A program made the position numbers and the translations under genes. DNA of 64,000 bases from Takakia lepidozioides (Eukaryota; Plantae; Bryophyta), in assembly GCA_030704615.1 (NCBI GenBank), contig CM060731.1:49538001-49602000 (forward strand), in the 5' to 3' direction. How positions within the stretch are numbered: position 1 is the first letter of the stretch; every line of letters begins with the position of its first letter. The notes beneath the pieces were generated by a model, which saw only the letters and a list, made by a program, of their open reading frames with translations, did no database searches and was not told where the DNA came from. Positions 36,918-46,779 of this stretch are shown here, in pieces.

Positions 36918-38660
36918 ACGGAAATACAGCGCCGCATTTCCGTATTGCATCTTGGTCATGCAACAGAGCGACGGAAATGCGGCACCGAGTTTCCGTCCGG
37001 GGGAAACCTTTATACTCTCCAGAACGGAAATGCGGTAACGCATTTCCATCCAGCAAGCACGGTATGTGAAGGTGGAACGGAAATGCGGTACCGCATTTCC
37101 GTTCTGATTGAGATTTATGAACAACGGGAACAGAAATGCGGCACCGCATTTCCGTCCGAGTCGCACTTTTCGACATTCCAGAACGGAAATGCGACGCCGC
37201 ATTTCCATTTTGTATCTGATGCATGGAGCTGAGGGATAGAAATGCTGCAGCACATTTCCGTCCTTAAAAGACATTCATACTCTCGAGAACGGAAATGCGG
37301 TACCGCATTTTCATTCAACAAGCACGGTATGTGAAGGTGGAACGGAAATGCGGTACCGCATTTCCGTTCTGATTGAGAATTATGAACAACGGGAACAGAA
37401 ATGCGGCACCGCATTTCCGTCCGAGTCGCACTTTTCGACATTCCATAAAGGAAATGCGGCGCCGCATTTCCATTTTGTATCTGATGCCTGGAGCCGAGTG
37501 CGATTCCGACAGCTTCATACAGCGCAATTCCGACCGGTTGAGACATTCACACTATCCAGAACGGAAATGCGGCACCGCATTTCCGTTCTGACTGAAAATC
37601 GTGAACCATCGGAACTGAAATGCGGCACCGTATTTCCATCCGAGTCGCACCTACCATCATTCCAGAACGGAAATGCGGCACCGCATTTCCGTTCTGACTG
37701 AAAATCGTGAACCATCGGAACTGAAATGCGGCAGCGCATTTCCATCCGAGTCGCACCTCCCAGCATTCCAGAACGGAATGTATTAGATTTAAAAGGGAAA
37801 TGCGGCACCGCATTTCCGTTCTGATGAAATATCCTGAACATCGGAATGAAATGCGGTACCGCATTTCCGTCGGAGTCCACCATCCGACATTCCAAAACGG
37901 AAATGCGGCACCGCATTTCCGTTTTACCGCATTTCCGTCGGAGTCCCACATCCGACATTCCAAAACGGAAATGCGGCACCGCATTTCCGTTTTAATGTGA
38001 GGCATGGAGCTGTGGAACGAAAATGCGGGAAGGCATTTCCGCCAGCGTCAGACGTTAATACTGTACAGAACGGAAATGCGGTACCGCATTTCCATTCTGA
38101 CTGAAAATCGTGCGCAACGGGTACAGAAATGCGGCACCGCATTTCCGTTCGAGTCGCACCTTCCGACATTCTCGAACGGAAATGCGGCGCCGCATTTCCG
38201 TTTTGTATATTCGGCCTGGAGCTGTGCTACGGAAATGTGTTGCCGCATTTCCATCCATGTGAGACCTTCAACCTTTCCAGACCGGAAATGCGACACCGCA
38301 TTTCTGTCCAGGTGAGACCTCTATACTTTCCCGAACGGAAATGTGGCACGGCATTTCCATTCATCAACTAACGTATGTGAAGTGGGAACGGAAATGCGGC
38401 GCCGCATTTCCCTTCTGAATCTCATACATGGAGCTGTGGGACGGAAATGCGGCACCGTATTTCCGTTCAACAACTAAGGTATGTGAAGGTGGAACGGAAA
38501 TGCGGTGCCGCATTTTCTTCCAACAAGTACGGATGTGTAGCAGAGTGATCGTACTTAACGGAAATGCGGCGCCGCATTCGCATTCTCGCTCCAACTCATC
38601 AGACGCTGGGACGGAAATGCCTTGAAATGTGAACACGTGGAGCAACGGAATTGCTGCACA
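36918..38660. repeat. Array of ~30 palindromes (AC)GGAAATGCGG-YR-CCGCATTTCC(GT) with ~27-bp variable spacers, 53-bp period
   Basis: Units start at 36918, 36971, 37024, 37077, 37130, 37183...; lies between the 5' ends of the two divergent genes. Confidence 0.95.
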
Positions 38661-39016
38661 TGTCTGCACTCTATCTGACTGAAGGGGCATGAGGCGGCGC
38701 GGCCTGACCGTTGGATAATGATGTTTGATTTTCGGACGGCAGGCGTACCCTCAACGATTCGAATTTCGTAATGACGCAAACTCCACGAGGAGACACTTTC
38801 GTCCAACCTTTCGAACCCAAGTGGTGCATCACCGCCGTTTCATCTACTTTTGTCGTGTCTCCTCAGTCACCCCTCTCGCGCCCTTTCCATCTGCACTCTT
38901 TGCCCCTTTTCCCTCTCTCTGTTCTTCTTATGCTCGAACCTGAGAGGGGGGGAGTTCGTGCACCAGACAGGAGACCTCGTCGCAAGCTCCGGAAATTATA
39001 CTTCGGACGTAGGCCA

Positions 39017-42000
39017 ATGCCAAAGGGGAGGAAGCAGATGCGTCTACAGGAGGAGATTGCCATCTCCGAGCAGCAGGCCACTCAGGCAACCCAGCCACCA
39101 GTGAGAGCTCCATGCGATCGGGCTGCGCGCAGCTGATCGAGCACCGAACCCCCCATTTTGCTTCTGTAATTCTTAGACTGAATGCTAGGAGACTTGAATG
39201 CAGAACATGTTTGCATGCCTAACAGGAAAGGTGGACGTGCTGGAGGGATCGCAGGAATCCGAAGAGCCGCAGGAAGAGTCCGAGGAGCTAGCTGCAGCAC
39301 GTACACCCACCCGATCCCCGAGCGCGGGTATTCCTGCCGGGCCTAGCCCTCTGCGATTCAAAGACGCGTCTTCGAAGGGCAAGTTCAAAGTCGCAGAGAT
39401 CGACTCGCGTTCTTCGATCATGGAGAATCGCCAGCAGGGGTCGGGCCCTTCTCCAGCAAAGTCGAAGAAGAAGCAGCCCGTCCCTCTACTGGCTTCTGAA
39501 CCGGCTCAGGCCGATTCACCCCCCCCAACGCGAATGAAGCAGCAGGGTAGAAGACAGATTCTATTGCAGCAGACACCTTCACCTGCAAGGATGAGGAAGC
39601 AGAAGGCAATCAGGGCGACGGGCGAACAATCTCCCGCAAAACCGCTTCCACGAGCTGAAGCTCAGTTCCTGGAGGATTTCCCGCCTGCAGATGTTGGGGC
39701 CGACTCTGCTGCAGCGAAGGCAATGGGATCGACCGTTGATCTTGATTTGGTACCGGAGGAGGGTGCTGCCGCTGAACGTTCGCAGGCAGACCTCACCACC
39801 GATGAGCTAGCAGGCCCGGAGGAGGCCTCTGCAATGGCAGAATTGCCCGCACACAGGCCCCAGAGTGCAGCTCCAGTTGAGGATGCTCCACCTGCTCAGC
39901 CACTACCGGCACCTACAGACATGTCTCCGGAGGATTTCAAAAGTGCAGCGGATAAAATGTTGGAGGAGACACACAGTAGCATTGGCAGAGTTCTGGGCAG
40001 CAGGGTATTCCAGCGGACTCTTCGAATCCCACTCTGTCGCATGGTCTCCCTTCCCATCGTCAGGCAGGCCCTTCCCGGAGATGTGGATAAGCTCAAGTTC
40101 GCATTTCGAGAAGGGTACCGTCTGGGATCGGCAGCGTTTTACGTTTCCATAGAGAATGAGGACGGCGAAACCCGTGGACCCACTGCCGATGAATTGTCAA
40201 CGTGGGATACCCACTGGCACACTCGCAACCACGAATTCGAGGCGACGCTGAAGGGTGATCCCGACTTCGGCCATATGTCGGGTAAAATGTTCTTTGTGTG
40301 GGACGGGAATCACCGACTTCTCGCCTGGTGGGAGTACATCAAGCAGAACCATGCCAAGCACATTGGCTGGCATTACATGGTGGAGTGTGTCATCCTCAAG
40401 GTGAAGGCGGCAGACTCCTCCCTGCTCAAGAATGCCATGGCGGACCTGAACTCGTAAGATACTCATACCCTCCCTAGCACATTCGAAATGCGGTGCCGCA
40501 TTTCGGTTTCCATTCTGGTTTGATTCCGTGCTTCCGTGTACTGAACTGGAGAGTGTGCCTTGCAGGGTCACTGAGAATGCGTACGTGCATACCCACATGG
40601 CACATATGCTGTACAGGGTGAGGAAAACTGGTCTTACTGATCCGCAGATGTTTGCGGAAATGCTGGAGCCTGAGCTCATTCAGAAAGCCGTTGCAAAAAC
40701 AGACCGGACATGGTATCGTCTCACTATGGATGGAATGGTGGAGGTGATATACGAAGTAAGTCGTGCTCCAATTTCCCTCTGCTCATCCTTCCCCAATTTC
40801 CAGTAATGTTTCCACATGAATCGAATGTAACGCTTCTGCATGTTTTTGTTGGCAGTCAAACATCAAGCTGGATTTGGCCCATGCCAAACGCTTCTTCATG
40901 GAAAGTGAGGGGCAGGTGAAAACGTTGCAGTCATTGACTGAGCACTTGAAGGAAGCCGGTGTCAAGTCCAGAACCAAATACAAGTCAAAGCTTGTGAAGC
41001 TGGTGGCAATTGCAGATCCGGCACTTGGAAAGGACTTCATCCCCGAGATTGCAAAACACTATTCTCGGGCCATGCAGCCGACCATGCAATTGGAGAAACT
41101 GCATCACCTCTCAACGGCATGTGTGGAGGCGAAAGAGAAGGTGAGGTTTCAATGCACTGAATTTCCTTCCTAGCAATAGCCACTCTCTTCCAGCCACTGA
41201 CATTGGATCGGAAATGGCAGACACGGTGGCTGTCGATCTGGAATGCATCCGAGAGCATAAGGACAATGTGGTCTTTTCCACTGGAAGTTTCCGACCCTGC
41301 AGTGGATGTGTGGCTCAACCGTATGACTTGGTGGTTCCAGGTAATTCAAGGTACTTCCCCAGATTTGCTTTTCTGACATGAATTCCCTGAACTGCTACGT
41401 GACAATGCATTTGGGAATGGCAGGTAATGTCGAATGTGAAGGAGCAAGTCGTAATGCACACAAATTCATTCGGCTTGTACGTCAAATGGGATGGAACACA
41501 GACATTGGAAGACTACGTGACACGTTTCAGATGTGCGTACAAGGACAACCTTTTCGCCAGAGAGCTACAGACAGCAAGAAGGAGCGTGGAGTTTACACAT
41601 CAGGAGGGAGCGGGGAAAGCTGCAATGCGAATTGTTTACAGGTGAAGCACAGCTGCCCTTGTATGCGAAGCCTGGTTACGAGGTTTGTCTCGGAAATGCG
41701 GCACCGCATTCGCATTTTATGTTTTCGGTGGCACTCTGCCAGTAGGTTGGTCTCAACTTTTGCTCACGCATGCTGACTGCCTTGCAGGTATATGAAATAC
41801 GTGCTCCTTCAGACAGGGGCCCTGGCTCAAGAGCCCCCGTTCTTCATGGCTTGGACCGTGGCGGGCCCAAGCTGTGTCTACACACCCGAGATGCAGAAAC
41901 AATGGCATCCCGCGCATCTCGTTGGATGCCCGTGGTACCTGGACATGTCTGGCGGTATTGTTGACGAGTCTGAGAAAGATCTGCACGCCTTGGCAGAAGA

Positions 42001-44140
42001 GAAGAGAAAGGAAAGACGTGTCCCTGCTGGGCCAAAGTCGGCAAAGGAATCTGCTGCTCTGGAAGAATCCAGAAAGGCAGCTGAGATGGCACAAAAGACG
42101 GTGGATGCAGCTGTGCAGGCCCAACAGAAGGGGTCGAAGAAGAGGACTCGCCAGCAAGGAGCAGCTGTTGTGACACCCGCCAAAACGAAGAAGCAGAAAC
42201 AGCCTGTTCAGGAAGAGGGTGAGGAAGAGGACTCCGATGGAGACTTTGCAACCAGCCCACCCCCCAAACGCAGGCTGCCTCCCCTGTGCCCACCGTTGTC
42301 ACGAGAGGCACGAGAACTGGCTCGGCAAAGAAGGCACTCTTCAACCCCCCAGGGGGGCACCCTTTCGAGCCGGTGGAAATGAAGAGGCCGAAAGTGGCTC
42401 CCGAAACAGTAGTCCAGTGTGTAAATGAGAGTTTCTTGGCGGCTTTGGATGGACGGGCAGCCAAGTTGGCATACATGAAGACCATGGAGGGTCTGAAGGG
42501 CAGAGCACTGAAGAAGGCGACTGCCGAAGAGCCTTCCGACACCCCAGGATTTCAAAATATGGTCTCGTTCTTTGAGAGGGTGTGTGCAGACAAGGATTGT
42601 AGGAGGGGCGGAAATGCCACCGAGTGGTCTTGCGATATGATCATCTTGGATATTCCGGACGGAGAGCCTGTGGAAGGACTGCAAGCTTTGCCATCTTGGA
42701 ACAGGTACTCGGAGGACTTTTGGAAGAAAGGATTCGGGCTTGCCCGCATGGTGTTGGACGACAGAGGCTGTGTGGTTGTCCTGGCGAGCAGAGGAAAAAA
42801 CACTCAGACAGGAATTGCGAAGTGGACCCGCAAGAGCGCCGTCCCGATTCTGAAAAAGAAGTGGACGTGCATCAACACACTGGGCCTTCGGTCGGAAGGG
42901 AAGAAGGTGATTACGACACTGGCACTCGTCCATTCATTTGCTTGGGTGCTTTCAAATGCGGTGCCGCATTCGGTTTCTAATCGTTTTCCCCCTGTGTATG
43001 CAGACGAAGCAGTTCGATGCATACTGCTTTGTGAAGGAAAACTCCACCTTTGCTTTCCGGAAGGAGGGAGGAAAGGTTGACCCGAACTGCGACCCACTCG
43101 ATTACGACGTTCTGTTCAACAACGTTCCCAAGGAACTTCTCCCTCATAGCCTCACTTCAACGGAACCCCTGCGGTACTCACGGACTCGGAGCCCTGCCTT
43201 CATTCAGACAATTATGGAGACATGCACAGACGTGGAGGGCACAGTGCTGGACCTCATCTGTGGGACAGGTATGCAGAATCTTGATCTCTACTGTTCTGCA
43301 AATTCTCGTTAGGATGTAGTTCGCAACATCTGAAGCGCCATGTGGTAATGTGTGGATGGCATTGTAACAGGTGCCTCAATGTGGGCTGGGCGGTTTTCCG
43401 ACCGGCACCTCTTTGCCTACGAGGAGGATTCATCCGTGTGGGGATCCCATCTGGAGGGGCTGCAACGGAATGTGAAGGCTCCCGACAGAGCGGAAGTCTC
43501 CTCGGATTCGTCGGAGTCCGAGGAAGACACAGTGGACATTGATGCAGAGGAGAACCCGGAATACGAGTGAGTGCAAACATTGTAAGTTTGCAAAGCCTTC
43601 TGGGTCATTTATGTCAAAGGAATTTCCCGACTGTGGTTCTCATTAGTCTCGTTGATGATTGTCATGTGCAGGATTGCAGGGTCCGGGTCGAAACATGTAG
43701 GGCCTACACTTCCTGCCAAGAAGAATGTCCCGTTCTTTGCGAGGGCCGACTTCATGACGAGCCCGGTGAGGGACTACTCCCTTCCTAGTTATGCAGCTAA
43801 ACTCGCAAATACAGCGATTAGAAGAAGTGAGAATCCCAGTAAAGTAGAGCAGATTTTGGAGAGGGCTAGGGAGGACAGAAGGATAAGGAAAGAGTTGGCA
43901 GCAGCTCAGACAGGTAGACGGGTACGAAAGTACATATGTGATTCAGCGGATGAGAGCGACGCAGACAGGGAGGAAGACGACCCAACGGAGGTGAGATGGA
44001 CAGTTCCGCAAGGGGAAGATGGGATTTTCGAAAGCCTGGCCAACGAGCAGTCCGCTGGAGATGAGAGAGGCACTGAGGGGGTGGAGGAGGAGCAGGACAG
44101 TCTAGAACAGGATGAGGATTCGGATGATTTTCAAGATTAA
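39017..44140 (+). CDS. ~10-exon, ~1,390-aa protein: disordered N-terminus, ParB/sulfiredoxin-like domain, beta-class N6-adenine/N4-cytosine DNA methyltransferase-like domain, acidic tail; one frameshift near 42260
   Basis: Phase-compatible GT-AG exons: 39017-39100, ~39231-40453, 40566-40755, 40856-41140, 41221-41340, 41424-41641, 41788-42906, 43004-43268, 43371-43566, 43672-44140. FFVWDGNHRLLA (GxxRxxA); CDMIILDIPDG (motif IV-like); ARMVLDDRGCVVV; RSPAFIQTIMETCTDVEGTVLDLICGTGASMWAGRFSDRHLFAYEED (motifs X-I-II). Confidence 0.8.
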
Positions 44141-44327
44141 TAGAATTTTAATGATGTCTCTGTAAATGTAAATTCTCTTCCAGAGTATATAAAGAAAATT
44201 CTGCCCGACATTCGTGACGCCTCTCCAGTGTGCATTCCAGCCACACAATCGCCCAAACCAGGACGCTCCCAAAATCAGAAATGGGTCAGGGCATTTCCAA
44301 AATTTTGGCAACTCTAAGAACCTCTTT

Positions 44328-45085
44328 TGGAAATGCGGCACCGCATTTCCAAAACAGGGGAGGGACTAATTTTTCCATTTCAATGTTGGCATAGTAAAAA
44401 GTAATCTGAACTGGGAATGCGGTGCCGCATTTCCAAAATTTCCTTTGTCCACACGCCAGTTTTGGCCTCTCCCGCTCATTGCATGGATGCCACCACGCTT
44501 ACAGAGGTCGAACAAGGAGGTCGAACAAGGAGGCCGACATGGCGGGATTGAAAATGCGGTGCCGCATTTCCATATTGGGGATGGTCGTTGTTCGAACTGC
44601 AGGCCCATCAGCAAAAATTGGCACCGCATTCCATTGTAAAAAAAAAGTCGATGACGGACATGGAAATGCGGCGCCGCATTTCCAGAACGGACATCGCAAT
44701 TTGTCCATTTGCAGACCCTCTCTCGGAAATGCGGTAACGCATTCCATCGCGCTGGTCGGAAATAGGTGCACTTTTCGAAGTGTTGGACGGAAATGCGGCA
44801 CCGCATTCCCTTGTCCAAAAAGAAGTTTCCATTGCCAAGCTGGAAATGCGTCGCCGCATTTGCAATGCCAACCTCGTTTTCTGATCAATTTATAGACCCG
44901 TGTTGGTATTTCGTCTACCTGGACGGAAATGATGCACCGCATTTTCTTGTCCCACATGGAAATGCGGTGCCGCATTTCGATGTCCGACATGGAAATGTTG
45001 TGCCGCATTTCGATGCGGACATGGAAATGCGGCACCGCATTTCGATCCCGACATGGAAATGCGGCGCCGCATTTCGATGCCGACA
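44328..45085. repeat. Second cluster (~13 copies) of the same palindrome, ending in a 32-33 bp tandem repeat
   Basis: ggaaatgcggYRccgcatttcc at ~44328, 44412, 44549, 44661, 44724, 44788, 44841, 44924; four acatggaaatgcgg..ccgcatttcgat units at 44954-45085. Confidence 0.92.
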
Positions 45086-45591
45086 TGGCGTTACTCTGGT
45101 ATATTCTTGACACATGACTCACATACCGGTTACTCTGCTTTATTCAACCAGACAGACAAATTGTAGAAATGAGACATCAAATTGTAAACAGTGGGCCAAA
45201 TCCGAGAGTTATTCAACACAATGAAACACAATCATACAGAAGTGAGGTACATTACAGGGCACACTCCAGGGCACATTTAAATTTCCCCCGTACAGGATCC
45301 TGGACCGATGAAGATTGGCTGCTGCATGAATGTAGCCGTTTCAGTTTCCTACCCTGCCATGCAAACTATGGGCACTCACTGCCAGGTGGGCCGATAGCCA
45401 CTGGACACGACGAAGTCCATCCCCTCTTCGATGTAAATGCGGCGCCGAATTTCCATCCGGGGGGATGGACTTCGGTGGCAGATCTCAAACTATAACTTGT
45501 TGATGAGAAAGATGTATGGGTTCATCCACCGCTGGCGTGATGAACACGTTCCACCTCCGTCGGTGGGTACGTGTGACCCAGATGCTCCATT

Positions 45592-46266
45592 TTGGAGGCC
45601 GGACTGCTCTTCCGCTTCGTATCTTTTCCAAAATCTAAGGGCTTCGTAGCTGTCCGCAAGGTCATCGGCATCCAAGTCGTCCTCAGGTCCTCCTTTGCAA
45701 GGATGCCGTGCTTCCGGAACCGGGACGACTGCCCCTTTGGAGGCATCGATTATGCAATGTATTCGGCCACATCGGGAGACATTGTTATCTGGTACACAGA
45801 TTACACAGAAGATACTGGTTCGATTGTGGAAACATTGGTGGCTTTTGAGTATATCGTAGGCCACTACGCCTTCGAGCGGGGTGACGATCTTGGTCTGAGG
45901 AGTCCGTGGCTCCTGCGCATCCTCGATTCCGATTTTCCCAGCTACGACGGTCACCCATGCAGAAGAAGGCGCACTGCTATGCTGTTGCGGTGGAACTGCT
46001 GCCACTGGACGTGGGTGGACTCCATCGGAGAGACCTATTCTCCTCGAGGAGTGCGCTCCTCTTCTCCATTGTATGGGGACATTCGCATTGGTGTGGACGA
46101 CGAAAACGTGAAGATTTCCATATTCGATGGTGGTATGATTGAAGGGCAGGACATTGTGGTGAACATCACTAGGGGCGGTACAACGGCTGCAATCGACTTT
46201 ACATGGAGGAGCCCCAGGACTCATGAGCTAGTTCTGAGAGCAGTCGAAGTCCCATTGACAACGTGA
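45592..46266 (+). CDS. ORF of unknown function inside the MULE (likely start Met ~45703)
   Basis: Open frame of 224 codons with globular-looking composition and AATAAA about 85 bp downstream. No family recognised; an overlapping minus-strand ORF also exists. Confidence 0.4.
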   Translation: MEAGLLFRFVSFPKSKGFVAVRKVIGIQVVLRSSFARMPCFRNRDDCPFGGIDYAMYSATSGDIVIWYTDYTEDTGSIVETLVAFEYIVGHYAFERGDDLGLRSPWLLRILDSDFPSYDGHPCRRRRTAMLLRWNCCHWTWVDSIGETYSPRGVRSSSPLYGDIRIGVDDENVKISIFDGGMIEGQDIVVNITRGGTTAAIDFTWRSPRTHELVLRAVEVPLTT

Positions 46267-46677
46267 CTTGTATTCAGTAGGCACAGGGCTCAAGATTTGA
46301 GGGCACAATCAGCACAATAGACGTGCTTCAAATGCAATTCATGTGGATCAATAAAAACCTCATTGTGCCCTCTTTTTATTCTATTCTGTGTCCATCGTTC
46401 CGAGAATGCGTCATTGCTCATTTCGTTTGGGATTGGGAGTGTGGGTGAATTTTGCAAATGGCTGGTAGGCTGAAATGGGCCCCCATTGTACAGAGCAGTA
46501 CCACCCTACCATTCGCGAAACATTGCCTTTCAATATATAATTCTAAATAACATTGCCGAACCTCCTTCATCGGGAGGTCCTTCTCCCCCTATGACCGTGG
46601 CACCCTAAACCCTATTCCCGCGGACACTCATTTCCGGAAAATAGTGCTGCTCATGTTTTTTTCCACACTTACGACTC

Positions 46678-46728
46678 TGCTCATGGCTCATGCCGCTCAT
46701 GGCTCATGGCTCATGAAATAGCAGCCCC
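46678..46728 (-). repeat. Right TIR with GCTCATG heptamer repeats
   Basis: gctcatg-gctcatg-cc-gctcatg-gctcatg-gctcatgaaatagcagcccc, the reverse complement of the left-end pattern. Confidence 0.85.
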
Positions 46729-46753
46729 CTCTCTATTGGTTAAAGCCGATGCT

Positions 46754-46771
46754 TGGCGACCATACTGGGGA
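46754..46771 (+). promoter_or_regulatory. Primer-binding site identical to 7305-7322
   Basis: TGGCGACCATACTGGGGA. Confidence 0.85.
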
Positions 46772-46779
46772 CTAACGGT

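Larger units (their letters stand above)
32032..46728. mobile_element. Mutator-like (MULE) DNA transposon, ~14.7 kb, carrying a transposase, a ParB-methyltransferase-like gene and palindrome arrays
   Basis: Direct repeat CTCTCTATT(G) at 32023-32031(2) and 46729-46737(8); imperfect TIRs GAGGTTTACTATTTCATGAGC / GCTCATGAAATAGCAGCCCC; MULE-type transposase inside. Confidence 0.88.

Noticed and set aside
36918-38660. True CRISPR array
   Set aside because: Eukaryotic context, no cas genes, degenerate repeats, spacers duplicated in higher-order blocks, and the same motif dispersed in introns.
36622-38806. Overlapping ORFs with EMRCRIS/KCGTAF/GNAVPHF repeats (also 44366-45122)
   Set aside because: Translation artefacts of the stop-poor palindrome on both strands.
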